A stretch of DNA of 64,000 bases from Pseudomonadota bacterium (GCA_039799905.1 JBDLRP010000046.1:39756-103755), one strand, 5' to 3'; counted from the stretch's first letter, positions 10,410-20,804 are shown. The notes: generated by a model from the letters alone, not told the origin. Numbers and translations are program-made.

Positions 10410-12182
10410 TTAAAGAATCTCTTCCCATCGAAGACTCGTAGCAAATGCGGCGTTAATTAAGCCCACATGTGAATAACATTGAGGGAAATTTCCTGTTTGC
10501 CGCCCTCTTTCAACATCATAGTGCTCCGAAAAAAGCCCTAGATGATTTGCCGCTCGAATCGACCGTGCCAGCATCTCACGCGCCTCGTCTGTACCACCCA
10601 ATCTTGAAAGAGCCTCTATGAGCCAGAAACTGCACACCAAAAAGGCGTGTTTAGGGTCTCCAAAGTCATCGAAACGTCGATATCGATAAACAAATACTCG
10701 AAGCTCAGAGTCGGGCTCCTGAATTCCCAATTGCTGTTTCAGATATGAAACCGTCTCAAGACAGATGCTGGATGATGGAAAACGCAGGATCGGCAACAGT
10801 AACATTGCCGCGTCAGGGGATGGATCTTCCGGGCTGTTGTACATCACATCGTTTGAAGATGAAGAAATAACAGCTGCAACCGCTTCATTGCACCACCGCT
10901 GGGCTTGCTCAAGGTTACCCTGGATTCGTCCGGATTTCAAAAGCCTGACATATCGGTCGAGACCAGCCCACGACATCAGAAGGGTAAAGGAATGAATCTT
11001 CCAACCATTCCGATGTTCCCAAAGCCCTGCATCCTTCTCCTTCAAAGCTCTATGAGCTCTTTCCGCAAGCTTCTGAAACAGTACATTATACTTTTCCGCA
11101 CGCAGATCGCTGAATCTGTCATCAAAGTAAATAGGAGCGAGAATTAGCAATATTTCGCCATAAACATCATTCTGAACGTGTTCAGCAGCCTGATTACCTG
11201 TTCTTACTGGTTGGCTTCCGGCATACCCACGCCAACTGGAATGCTCCACTTCAGGCAAAGGCAGGGAGCCATCCAAGCGATAGACAGGTCGGAGATCAAA
11301 TTGTGACTCAGCCGTCACGACATTGCCGATGAATCGTAGAAGTCCTTCGAGCTCTTCATAATGCCCGAGGCGATAGAGAGCCGACACGGTGAAACATGCG
11401 TCTCTGAGCCAACAATAGCGATAGTCCCAATTTCGAACACCACCGAACTCTTCAGGTAGGCTCGTCGTTATGGACGCAAGAATTGCACCTGTGTCTTCAT
11501 AGCAATGTAGCTTTAACGCAAGAGCAGAACGAATAGACTGTTGCTGAAACTCGCTTGGGATAGAGCAATGCTTAATCCAAGAATACCAGTAATGACGTGT
11601 CTTTAATTCAAATAATTCACAAGTGTTTGCAAGATTCTCCTCAATGGGAAGACCCCACGTCAGAGCAAAATAATAGGTTTGAGATATCTCAGTGGGTGTT
11701 GAGTCAATTAGATAGGTCAATGGAAGATTCGTGGAAAGCCGCAGCTCGTCTTCCAGACCCATGTACTGGAGATGGCTGTTCCCCCGCCGTTGAGTCAAGG
11801 GCTCCTTGCTCCAGCCCATTGTTGGTCTGCAAGCAACAATCATGCGTGGCCGCCCAGAGATGACTCTTACAATCCGAATCAAAATTGACGGGCGGTAATA
11901 GCGACCAAATTGTTCAAAGCGAGGAGAAAAATCGGTAACGGAAAAGGAATTTCCATTGCCGTCGGAAAAGACCGTCTCGAGAATATTTGTATTCTCTATG
12001 TATCTCTGTTCAGACGAACCTTCTCCGGCAGCTGAGATACGGAAGTAGCCAGCATCTGAATCAAGCATTTTTGAAAACATGGGAGGGGAGTCTGGACGCG
12101 GCATACAGCACCAGTCAATTGATCCCTCATTGCTGACGAGCGCAGAAACCTGACAGTTACCAATTAGGCCATAGTTATACAT
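10410..12182 (-). CDS. glycoside hydrolase family 15 (trehalase/glucoamylase-like)
   Basis: YGLIGNC..SALV...SIDWCC.PR.DSP, TTSLPE..GGVRNWDYRYCWLRDA, GLWEHR, GLFSEH..GNFPQCYSHVGLIN. Confidence 0.95.
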   Translation of the reverse strand: MYNYGLIGNCQVSALVSNEGSIDWCCMPRPDSPPMFSKMLDSDAGYFRISAAGEGSSEQRYIENTNILETVFSDGNGNSFSVTDFSPRFEQFGRYYRPSILIRIVRVISGRPRMIVACRPTMGWSKEPLTQRRGNSHLQYMGLEDELRLSTNLPLTYLIDSTPTEISQTYYFALTWGLPIEENLANTCELFELKTRHYWYSWIKHCSIPSEFQQQSIRSALALKLHCYEDTGAILASITTSLPEEFGGVRNWDYRYCWLRDACFTVSALYRLGHYEELEGLLRFIGNVVTAESQFDLRPVYRLDGSLPLPEVEHSSWRGYAGSQPVRTGNQAAEHVQNDVYGEILLILAPIYFDDRFSDLRAEKYNVLFQKLAERAHRALKEKDAGLWEHRNGWKIHSFTLLMSWAGLDRYVRLLKSGRIQGNLEQAQRWCNEAVAAVISSSSNDVMYNSPEDPSPDAAMLLLPILRFPSSSICLETVSYLKQQLGIQEPDSELRVFVYRYRRFDDFGDPKHAFLVCSFWLIEALSRLGGTDEAREMLARSIRAANHLGLFSEHYDVERGRQTGNFPQCYSHVGLINAAFATSLRWEEIL

Positions 12183-12246
12183 ATCCAGCTTAGCCCTCAA
12201 ATCTTCTTACGTATGCAGTTACCTAGGCCCCCTAGGTTCAAAAAAA

Positions 12247-13023
12247 TCAATTGTGGTCGACTGCTGCAAGAAAAAAATCCAATAGACACTCAATGTCTTC
12301 CTGCTTGTGAAGATAGTATGAGGCAGAAAGAGGGGAGTCGAAGCCGACCTTGACAGAAAAAATGTCTGGGGACTTATCCAAAAAGACAACCTCATCGGTC
12401 ACATCATCACCAATGAAAAACGCTCTTCCTCTAGAGAGTGTTCGCATTAAATCATGAAGTGCATCAAGTTTATTTGGCAGACCGTTCGGAACTAGGTTAA
12501 TTACTCGCTTGCCGAGAACGAATCTGGCTTCAGGCGCGAGACTTCGAATTTCAGCAATCAGCGATGTGAATTGAGGTGACGACTTGACTTCTCGGTAATG
12601 AATTGAAAGAGAGTACTTCTTATCCTCAATCCAAAGTCGGTTTCTTCGATACCTCTGCGTTACAACACTGAGAGCCTCCAACCATTTGCGGGTTGAATTG
12701 AATGCCCCTTCAAGGTTCTCTCCCGACACACGAGAGTGCCCTTCAAAACCATGGCTCCCAACAACGACACTGATAGAATTTGGCAACCTCGGCCGAACAT
12801 CTGAAATTGAGCGCCCTGTCAAAACCACCACTTTAGAGCGTCTGGCTAACTCATCCAGCTTTTTATACGCCGAGGGTGCCATAAATACCGAGTTTGGCTC
12901 GTCTATTATGGCCGCTAGTGTTCCATCGAAATCAAAAGCAAACAATGGAGCTTTATCTTTGGAAAGAAACTCTAGCAGGTCAAATCTTGCGGATTCAGAG
13001 AGAATATCTTGACTCTGTTCCAT
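12247..13023 (-). CDS. otsB: trehalose-6-phosphate phosphatase (HAD family)
   Basis: FDFDGTLA, LTGRS, GSHGFE, IEDK..SLSIHYR, FIGDDVTDE. Adjacent to otsA. Confidence 0.92.
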   Translation of the reverse strand: MEQSQDILSESARFDLLEFLSKDKAPLFAFDFDGTLAAIIDEPNSVFMAPSAYKKLDELARRSKVVVLTGRSISDVRPRLPNSISVVVGSHGFEGHSRVSGENLEGAFNSTRKWLEALSVVTQRYRRNRLWIEDKKYSLSIHYREVKSSPQFTSLIAEIRSLAPEARFVLGKRVINLVPNGLPNKLDALHDLMRTLSRGRAFFIGDDVTDEVVFLDKSPDIFSVKVGFDSPLSASYYLHKQEDIECLLDFFLAAVDHN

Positions 13024-13038
13024 TATAAATTTCGCACC

Positions 13039-15318
13039 TCATGAGAATGATGCAAATCGTTTCTCAAACACAGAACGCCTTCTCACCAGCGCAGCATCCA
13101 GCAACATCTTCCCAGCCCACCGAAAGATATTAAACTCTCGAACATGCGCCCTCATCGCATGCAACCGCTCTCTCTGCTCCTGAGCAGGCATAGTGAGAGC
13201 GGCAAGTATGGCCGCCGCGCTTTGGTCGACGTCATATGGATTCACAATTAATGACTCTGTGAGTTCTCTCGAAGCACCAGCAAACATACTCAACAGAAGA
13301 ACACCTTGCTCGTCCTCTCGAGCCGCGACAAATTCCTTGGAAACCAAATTCATGCCGTCATGGAGACTGGACACATACATCAGATTTGTCGCACGCATAT
13401 ACGTGTAAACTGACTTTGGCTCATGGTGCTCAGCGAGCAATATCAAAGGTGGCACAGCCGCAGTTGTGAACCTGCCGTTAATGGCTCTCGCAAGCTCATG
13501 CACCTCAGCCTCAAAACTCTGATACGCAGCAATCGTGCTTCTCGAGGGAGCCGCAATCTGAATGAAGGTAAATTTCCCAACCCATTGAGGATTCAATTCA
13601 AGAAAACGTTCAACACTTCTGAAGCGCTCGAGAATCCCCTTTGAATAATCAAGACGATCAACTCCGAGACCAATTTTGATATCTGCTGAGAGATTGTGTT
13701 TTGACCTAACAGATTCTAAGCAATCCTCAGCAGATTCAACGAACCTCATCAAGTTGGGTGGCCACTCGATTGAAATGGGATAAGCTTTGACCAGACAGTT
13801 TCCACCCCTCGTGTGAATTGAGGAGTTTTCGCGATCAATGCGAGACTCCAGATATCTGTCGATACTGTCGAGAAAATTATTGCGATGGAAGCGAGTGTGA
13901 AAACCAACAATGCTACTCCCTAGGACACCATCAAGGAGTTGCTCTCGCCATGGGCAGATACCGAATGCCTCTGGATTTGGCCATGGGATGTGCCAGAAAG
14001 TAATGATGGTCGCATTGGGCAATTTTCTTCGAATGAGCCGTGGCACGAGAGCCAAATGATAGTCCTGTACCAGAACAATAGGCGAATCACTCTTGGAAGA
14101 GGCGATCACAGCCTCAGCGAACTTCTCATTCGCCCTCACATATTGTTCCCAATCTATTGCTCTGAAAATCGGACGCGTATGCGCAATGTGGCAGAGAGGC
14201 CACAGACCTTCATTTGAAAATCCGTAGTAGTAGCCCTCTTCCTCCTCAGCAGTTAACCAAACCCTCTTTAGTTTGTACTCTGGGGCATCTGGCGGGACCA
14301 TCACGCAGTCCTGCGCATCGACGAAGTTTCTGTCTTCATTCCCATTTCCATGAGCAATCCAAGTACCACCACAGGCACGCAAAATTGGCTCGAGCGCAGT
14401 CACGAGGCCCGACGCCGGAAATAGAACTCTAACGGCATCTCCAAACCTTTGGTGGATGTAGGGCTGGCGATTGCTCACAACAATCACTTCACTCCCAGCC
14501 AACTCATCATTGATAATGTTCTTTAAACTCTGCGCAGACCAAGCGAGCTGCAAGTCATCTCTGATGGCTCTGTTTGCCTGTAGATCTCGCATCATCGAGC
14601 GAACATCACTCAGCAGCGGCTCGAGCTCGACATTTGACGGCTTACCCGTTTCCTCCTCGCGGTGCGAGTTTGTGAGTTGCGACAATGTATCCCGTGCACT
14701 TTTGATCCAGCCCCGGTAACTCCAACGAGAAACCAACACCGTCACTACTGCAATGAAAATTCCAAGAACTAGATAGACGAGAAACATGAGAACACGAAGT
14801 TCCTTGAATCTCTTTTGAGCAAACTCCATGTCATGGATCAGAATCATTTGTGCGGACATGGAACCGTCTGACTTGCTTTCTGAACCAGCGTCGCTGACCT
14901 TCTGAAATGTTAGGGGTGCCACTGATACGTTATAGGTACCGGTTGCACGTTCGATATTAAGCGGCTTGTATGAGCCAACATCCAGAAACGCCTGACAGGA
15001 CAGTTCGGTTGGGAACAGATGAGTCGACTCTACCCGAGTGCCTGCTTGACATATAGCAATTGCAAAAACCCTCTCGCTTTGGGAAATTCTTCTGAGAACT
15101 TCCTGACGACGATTCTTTCCTTGCTTGGTTGTGTCGAACATTGCCTCCGACATACTCTGCTCAATGGCGTCCGCAACAATTTTGCTTCTTACCTCTGCAT
15201 CACGCTCGAACCATCGCGAGGTCACAAATTGAATGAGTGGCAGACTTCCCCACGCAATAAGGGCAAGGATAAGGAGCAATGGAAATGAAAACTTAATCGC
15301 ATTTTTCAAAATGAGCAC
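13039..15318 (-). CDS. otsA: trehalose-6-phosphate synthase (GT20) with N-terminal two-TM extracytoplasmic extension
   Basis: VVSNR, SGLVTAL, GFSNEGLWPLCH, VQDYHL, FWHIPWP, GVDRLDYSKGI, DGMNLVSKEF. The first ~270 aa hold two hydrophobic helices around a ~140-aa domain. Confidence 0.93.
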   Translation of the reverse strand: MLILKNAIKFSFPLLLILALIAWGSLPLIQFVTSRWFERDAEVRSKIVADAIEQSMSEAMFDTTKQGKNRRQEVLRRISQSERVFAIAICQAGTRVESTHLFPTELSCQAFLDVGSYKPLNIERATGTYNVSVAPLTFQKVSDAGSESKSDGSMSAQMILIHDMEFAQKRFKELRVLMFLVYLVLGIFIAVVTVLVSRWSYRGWIKSARDTLSQLTNSHREEETGKPSNVELEPLLSDVRSMMRDLQANRAIRDDLQLAWSAQSLKNIINDELAGSEVIVVSNRQPYIHQRFGDAVRVLFPASGLVTALEPILRACGGTWIAHGNGNEDRNFVDAQDCVMVPPDAPEYKLKRVWLTAEEEEGYYYGFSNEGLWPLCHIAHTRPIFRAIDWEQYVRANEKFAEAVIASSKSDSPIVLVQDYHLALVPRLIRRKLPNATIITFWHIPWPNPEAFGICPWREQLLDGVLGSSIVGFHTRFHRNNFLDSIDRYLESRIDRENSSIHTRGGNCLVKAYPISIEWPPNLMRFVESAEDCLESVRSKHNLSADIKIGLGVDRLDYSKGILERFRSVERFLELNPQWVGKFTFIQIAAPSRSTIAAYQSFEAEVHELARAINGRFTTAAVPPLILLAEHHEPKSVYTYMRATNLMYVSSLHDGMNLVSKEFVAAREDEQGVLLLSMFAGASRELTESLIVNPYDVDQSAAAILAALTMPAQEQRERLHAMRAHVREFNIFRWAGKMLLDAALVRRRSVFEKRFASFS

Positions 15319-15512
15319 CCTTGCGAGAAGTCATTGGAATCAAAAAGACAACGTACCGAAAACAGGCTATTACCATAGCAGATAAAAAGCATAGACAATC
15401 GATATATAGATTTAGTGAATCTCAGAATTAGCTATTTTAAATACGAATTTGAAGGTGGAGGGATAATAGCTCGACCACCCGGTAGCTCAAGGATTCACAT
15501 TGCATTTCAAAT

Positions 15513-16433
15513 TCAAACACTGGGAGCATTAAGTCTGCTGGAAATTGTCCTAAATAGTCTTCTGGTATTTTCAGCATCTCGCGCGGCGACGACAACAGTA
15601 GACTTCCAAAGCCCCGCCTTAGGACCAAATAGCTCAACTCGTTTCAGCCTGCTCGCATCCTCTGCATAAAGTCCTGGCACGAAACCAAAACCAATGCCCT
15701 CTGCAATGGCGCGAATGACCGCCGAAAGCGAAGAACTTTCGAAACATAATCGCTTTTTAATAAACTGTCGGGTCAAAAACAAATCGGTTTCCTCTCGTAA
15801 TCGAAGACCAGAGCTCGGCAAAACCAAATCAAAAGGCAACAGATCGATAGCACGAACTAATTCAGCAATGGAGTCTATATTTTTTTTTCGCATATATGAC
15901 GAGGCGGTGCCATATTGCAAAGCCAAAAAAACAGGCAACTCGAAACGTCGGACTATGATCGAATGACCAGAAATCTTCATATCCGGCAGAAACACAGCAT
16001 CAAGACTACCTTTGGAAAGCAACATTCGCGCATCATCCGATGAACAACGAATCAACTTCATTGCGTCAGAGGCACTCTGCGTTTTTCTATTCAGGTGCTC
16101 ACACAACAGGTCCGCAACAAATGGAAATTCAATATCATCCGACACCCCCACCATTAAATTCGACTCTGCGCCTATCGGCTGCGACGAGGCAATTTCCTGT
16201 ATCTTCGCAGCGTGATTAAAGATCTCCGTGGTAATTGAAAAAATTTTTTGACCAACAGGTGTCAACTTCAACTCGCGGCCCGTTCTTACAAATAACGGCG
16301 CAGACAAGCTCTTTTCAAAATCTCGAAGTTGAGTACTTATAGACGGCTGGGACAACCCAAGTGATCTCGCCGCTGCAGTGATACTGCCAGCCGAGGCGAC
16401 ACAGTGAAAATAATATAGATGGTTAAAGTTCAT
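15513..16433 (-). CDS. LysR family regulator, NhaR-like (paralog of 3485..4414)
   Basis: MNFNHLYYFHCVASAGSITAAAR..SQPSISTQL HTH. The C-terminal half is near-colinear with the first LysR. Confidence 0.9.
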   Translation of the reverse strand: MNFNHLYYFHCVASAGSITAAARSLGLSQPSISTQLRDFEKSLSAPLFVRTGRELKLTPVGQKIFSITTEIFNHAAKIQEIASSQPIGAESNLMVGVSDDIEFPFVADLLCEHLNRKTQSASDAMKLIRCSSDDARMLLSKGSLDAVFLPDMKISGHSIIVRRFELPVFLALQYGTASSYMRKKNIDSIAELVRAIDLLPFDLVLPSSGLRLREETDLFLTRQFIKKRLCFESSSLSAVIRAIAEGIGFGFVPGLYAEDASRLKRVELFGPKAGLWKSTVVVAARDAENTRRLFRTISSRLNAPSV

Positions 16434-16669
16434 GGCCTACCGTTATTCCCTTTACCGTCAAACCGTACGAGCCGTCGTGAGCATCAAACTAGAGCGAGAT
16501 CTATGCCGCTCTTGCCATTTGCACTTTCCCTCACGTGTATCGAATCTCTGTTCGCGATAGATCGTTGCAGCAATGTCCCCGCACACTCCCATATCTAGCT
16601 GCGTGAAATGCCAGATTCACCCGACGGCAGGATGAACATCATTGAGGCTCGGGCGAACTCAGTGGAATA

Positions 16670-17086
16670 TCACTTCGACTTCCACAATAACGAATCGAGA
16701 GAATAGCGTCCCGGCCCCGAGAACATCAAACCCACATATGCAGCAAGATAGGCCAGAGCGAGTTCCTGCTTTTGAAAGGGATCTTGCCCATGAATAACAA
16801 AAGCTGCGACAAACATCGTAACCACAAGCGGAATAAGTGCTAGCCTGAAGATCAACCCCGCTGCAACAGCCATGGCACAGGCAAATTCCGCAAAAACTGC
16901 CATTGCTAAAGATGCAGGACTCCCGATTCCAAAAGGATCCGGAAAAGTGTTTTGAATTTCGGAAAATCGCTGCAATTTGGGAAGGCCATGTGCCAGCAAC
17001 ATCGTGATTCCAAAAAAGCACCGGAAAACCAGAAGACTTAGATCAACTGATGAAGACTTAAAAAACACGTCTCTCAAACTAGGCAT
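16670..17086 (-). CDS. DoxX family membrane protein
   Basis: LLVFR...HGLPKL...FPDPFGIG..AE..C...GL.FRLA.IPL..TM.VA...H....QELAL.Y......GPGRYSLD. Confidence 0.9.
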   Translation of the reverse strand: MPSLRDVFFKSSSVDLSLLVFRCFFGITMLLAHGLPKLQRFSEIQNTFPDPFGIGSPASLAMAVFAEFACAMAVAAGLIFRLALIPLVVTMFVAAFVIHGQDPFQKQELALAYLAAYVGLMFSGPGRYSLDSLLWKSK

Positions 17087-17137
17087 TAGCTCTCTCCATC
17101 TCCTGTAAACTCTTTTTTTTCAGAAATTGAAGATTTC

Positions 17138-18085
17138 TCAGCTCTCAAAGAACTCCTCAAGCTTATCGAGTGAACCGCTCCATCCTTGTGACATACTGGA
17201 TCTGCCCATGAGAAATGTCTCGAGTTCTGATTGGGACCAGTCACCCGTGACTTCCCATTGCAGTGTCACGCGCGTTCCACCTTGCTTTTCCTCAGTGAAA
17301 GTAATTGTGGTCAGCATATTTTGTGGCCACGTAGGAGCGAGCGGATGACGTGCTGGATTCCCTTGTTCATCGGCAAATTGCTGAACATACACCAGGCGAT
17401 GCGGATGCAACACTTGCAGATACTGAACAGTCCCGTACATGACGTCATCGCCAAAGGGCATGCGATAAAAAGCCTTCCCGCCGGCTCTGATGTCAACGTT
17501 TATATACTCCAACTGTGCGCCTACAGGCCCACTCCATGCCACCAGTTGTTCGGGGTTCGTCCAGGCCTTGAACATGGCATGTAAGCCAACATTGAAGGAG
17601 CGACTGATCACAAATATCTCTTTGCCAGATGCCTGCTTTTCCAAGTATTCAGCCAAACGGTCCCACGTTGTGTTTCCTTGGTACTCTTTGATTGCCCTTA
17701 TTGACTCTTCCGCAGCTTCGACGGTGGGAAAAGTCATGGTCAATTCAAGCTGAGTTTGCCGACCCACCTCGCTGAAGAGCGCCTGCGTTCGAAAGTGCGG
17801 CTCGTGATTGTCGGGAGCTCCATGGCTGTATACAAGGCGCTTCCTATCTTCAATTTCTGAGAAGACGATCTTGTTGGGAAACTCCAATCCATCAGCGGTG
17901 CGCATTGTGAAGAGCCAAAAACCGTCAACAGCAAATTCATGGCTCTTGGTCACTGTGTTTGTATTTCGAGGCCCCCACCACTGATCAAGCTGATGAGGAT
18001 TTGTCCAGGCGGCCCAAACAGACGACAACGAAGCATTATACAGACGAGTGATCTTCAACTCCAACGGATTGCCTTTTGTAAGCAC
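17138..18085 (-). CDS. tandem SRPBCC/AHSA1 (START-like) domain protein
   Basis: Two repeats of VW.AWTNP.QL..W.GP...(D/F).(R/V)GG...M, each ending W...DRL/KL.E. Confidence 0.88.
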   Translation of the reverse strand: MLTKGNPLELKITRLYNASLSSVWAAWTNPHQLDQWWGPRNTNTVTKSHEFAVDGFWLFTMRTADGLEFPNKIVFSEIEDRKRLVYSHGAPDNHEPHFRTQALFSEVGRQTQLELTMTFPTVEAAEESIRAIKEYQGNTTWDRLAEYLEKQASGKEIFVISRSFNVGLHAMFKAWTNPEQLVAWSGPVGAQLEYINVDIRAGGKAFYRMPFGDDVMYGTVQYLQVLHPHRLVYVQQFADEQGNPARHPLAPTWPQNMLTTITFTEEKQGGTRVTLQWEVTGDWSQSELETFLMGRSSMSQGWSGSLDKLEEFFES

Positions 18086-18135
18086 AGTCCCACCTCTCGT
18101 ATCACATTTTTATAAACGTTCAGTGCTGATTTGAT

Positions 18136-19047
18136 TCAAGCAGAAACAGCCGCACCCACTTTCGCTGAATCACGCGCCAAAGCCTCTCGCGTTGAGTTCT
18201 TTCGATACAACAGGGTGATTGCCGAGCTCGTCAGCACAATGAACAGGCTGTAGAGCACTGGTATTAAGAGTACCTGCTGCTGCTGTTCACCTTTGAAGGT
18301 GACGGTAACGATCAGCACTGCCAAAGGGCCATTTTGTATGCCAGTTTCGAGGCTGATAGTACGCGAACGGTTGTTGTCTTGCTTTAGCAGCCGCGCAAGC
18401 CAATAGCCACAAAGCATGCCGATTAAGCCAAGACCGATGGCTGCAAAGAACACAGGCCAAGGTGTGGTCAGCAGTAATTGGTAATTCCGCGGCACCCAAG
18501 AGCCAATCAAAAAGATGATCACAAAGACACCAAGGAGAGAACCAACCAATTCAATCGTCGCACCGATATTCGGATTTGTTTTGCGCAGGATCATACCGAT
18601 AACGGTGGGTACCAGCAGCACAACAAGGACCTGTGCCACATTCGCCGCAGGAATCGCGAACTCACCCGACAGACCTGCCAAACCTGTGTAAAAAGCAATA
18701 AGCGACGGCACAGCGACCACTGCAACCAGCGTAGAAACACTGGTCATCATAATCGACAGCGCCAGCGAACCTTTGCTGAAATACGTGAAGATGTTTGACG
18801 TGGTTCCACCTGGCATGCAGGCAATCAAGATGACGCCAACGGCGAGTGCAGGAGGCATGCCCAGCAAAACGGCCAACAGATATCCCAAGAAAGGCATAAT
18901 ACCGTATTGGCACAAGAGCCCCACGAGAACGCCTTTCGGTTTCCTGAAAGCAATGAGGAAATCACGAAACGTCAGGCTTGCGCCCATGCCGAGCATAATG
19001 ACCATCATCAGTATGCCCAAAAGTTTGGTTTCTGCTTCTGACAACAT
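18136..19047 (-). CDS. bile acid:sodium symporter (BASS/SBF family)
   Basis: MLGMG.SL, GLLCQYGIMP, CMPGGTTSNIFTY..KG..ALS, RTISLETGIQNG. Confidence 0.92.
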   Translation of the reverse strand: MLSEAETKLLGILMMVIMLGMGASLTFRDFLIAFRKPKGVLVGLLCQYGIMPFLGYLLAVLLGMPPALAVGVILIACMPGGTTSNIFTYFSKGSLALSIMMTSVSTLVAVVAVPSLIAFYTGLAGLSGEFAIPAANVAQVLVVLLVPTVIGMILRKTNPNIGATIELVGSLLGVFVIIFLIGSWVPRNYQLLLTTPWPVFFAAIGLGLIGMLCGYWLARLLKQDNNRSRTISLETGIQNGPLAVLIVTVTFKGEQQQQVLLIPVLYSLFIVLTSSAITLLYRKNSTREALARDSAKVGAAVSA

Positions 19048-19058
19048 GGCTTGTTTCC

Positions 19059-20804
19059 TTATTTCTTGTTGAACTCAGCCTTGACTTCGGCTTTGAGGTC
19101 TTTGCGGAGAATTTTACCGATAGGCGACTTAGGCAGCTCAGTGCGGAAGATGATGGATTTTGGAATTTTATAATCGGTGAGCAGGCTCTTACAGTGATTG
19201 AGCACCATCTCTTTGGTCAGCTCTCCTGCGAATTCCGGATTTTTTACGATATAGGCGCGCAGAGCTTCGCCTGAATTTGCATCAGGAACACCGACCACCG
19301 CAGCTTCCAGAACAGCATCCATCTTGGCCAATGCATCCTCGATTTCGTTCGGATAGACATTGAAACCGGAGACAAGCACCAGGTCTTTTTTGCGGTCCAC
19401 AATCTTAAAATATCCCTGCGGATCCATCACGGCCACATCGCCCGTGTAGAGCCAGCCGTCTTTCAAAATCGATGCAGTTTCGTCGGGGCGATTCCAATAG
19501 CCTGTCATGACCTGTGGCCCACGCACGATGAGTTCGCCGGGCTCACCCTGTGGCACTGGCACGCTCACGTCGCTGACCAAGCGTACCTCTGTGCCGGGCA
19601 CTGGTACGCCAATGCTGTTGGGAATAATCGCGCCAGTCAGAGTGTTGAAAGTCACTACGGGTGAACATTCCGTCAGGCCAAAACCTTCGGCAATGCGCGT
19701 GCCGGTGATCTTTTGCCAGCGCTCGGCAACGGCATGATGCAGCGCTGTGCCGCCCGCAATGGCTGCCTTGAGATGTTTTGGCGGAAAGGCAGTGAACCAT
19801 TCTTCGTTCATCAGGCTGTTGAACAAAGTGTTCACGCCGGTGATCCAAGTTATGGGATAATTCTCCATCGCACGCTGCAAGTTTTGAACGGGTCGCGGGC
19901 TTGGAATCAAGATGTTGTGCCCACCCAATTCGAGGAAGGCGAGCAAATTCGCCGTAAATGCGAAGATATGATAGAGCGGCAATGCCGTGAGCACGCACTC
20001 GTCGGAACGGTGATGAGACTTGCCCATCGCCAAGACCATGTCGACATTTGCCATAAGGTTGGCATGTGAGAGCATCGCACCTTTGCTCACGCCTGTGGTG
20101 CCGCCGGTGTATTGAAGGGCCGCAAGAGCACTTGAGGGTACATCGTTCCAGTAGCCACTCGCCTTGCTTTGGTGAGCTTTGCCATTTGCGAGCGCAGCTT
20201 TGATACGCTCGACAGGAATCGATAGCGGCGGAATCGGCGGCAACACCTTGCTCCACACTTTCTGGACACCACGCACGATGACGTTAGGAACTGCCGGAAA
20301 CATCTCCGACACTCCACTAAGCACAACACGCTGAACATTCGTTTTCGGGATCACTTCTGCGAGTTTATCGGCAAACATATCCACGATCACCAACACTTTT
20401 GCGCCCGAATCGTTGAATTGATGCACCATTTCTCTGGGTGTGTAGAGTGGATTGGTGTTGACCAAGACACATCCCGCTTTGAAGACGCCAAGTGCAACGA
20501 CAGGGTACGTCAAACTGTTGGGCAACTGAACCGCAACGCGATCACCAGCCTGGAGTTTACACACTTCACGCAAATAGCCTGCGAATGCATCGGAAAGTTC
20601 GCCCACCTGACGGTAGGTCAGAGTACCATTCATGCCATTAGGAACTACGGCTGTGAATGCTTTCTTGTCGGCAAAGCGAGCGCACGCGCTTGCAGCCAGA
20701 TCGGCAAGATTGCGATACCGAGGTAAAGGCAGTTCACGGGCGATGGAACTCCCGTATGCGGCCTCCCAGGGCTTGGCGTCATAGATAGTCATATCAGCCG
20801 TCAT
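19059..20804 (-). CDS. fadD: long-chain fatty acid--CoA ligase
   Basis: QYTGGTTGVSKGAMLSHAN, LPLYHIFA, EGFGLTECSP, GWLYTGD, DRKKDLVLVSGFNVYPNEIE, LPKSPIGKILR. Confidence 0.93.
   Translation of the reverse strand: MTADMTIYDAKPWEAAYGSSIARELPLPRYRNLADLAASACARFADKKAFTAVVPNGMNGTLTYRQVGELSDAFAGYLREVCKLQAGDRVAVQLPNSLTYPVVALGVFKAGCVLVNTNPLYTPREMVHQFNDSGAKVLVIVDMFADKLAEVIPKTNVQRVVLSGVSEMFPAVPNVIVRGVQKVWSKVLPPIPPLSIPVERIKAALANGKAHQSKASGYWNDVPSSALAALQYTGGTTGVSKGAMLSHANLMANVDMVLAMGKSHHRSDECVLTALPLYHIFAFTANLLAFLELGGHNILIPSPRPVQNLQRAMENYPITWITGVNTLFNSLMNEEWFTAFPPKHLKAAIAGGTALHHAVAERWQKITGTRIAEGFGLTECSPVVTFNTLTGAIIPNSIGVPVPGTEVRLVSDVSVPVPQGEPGELIVRGPQVMTGYWNRPDETASILKDGWLYTGDVAVMDPQGYFKIVDRKKDLVLVSGFNVYPNEIEDALAKMDAVLEAAVVGVPDANSGEALRAYIVKNPEFAGELTKEMVLNHCKSLLTDYKIPKSIIFRTELPKSPIGKILRKDLKAEVKAEFNKK

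Noticed and set aside
15366..15415. LysR T-N11-A boxes upstream of otsA
   Set aside because: T-N11-A matches exist but are too degenerate in AT-rich DNA to call.
16670..17086. DoxX as the BufD component of the bufferin-like cluster
   Set aside because: It is ~5.5 kb away in another gene run with no TGTAAC-N16-CGWA box seen upstream, so the link is unsupported (not excluded).
19543..20256. 237-aa alternative-frame ORF inside fadD, and similar shadow ORFs such as 60032..60649, 40622..41308 and 59402..59980
   Set aside because: They lie wholly within well-supported genes, have atypical Arg/Cys/Ser-rich composition and show no motifs.
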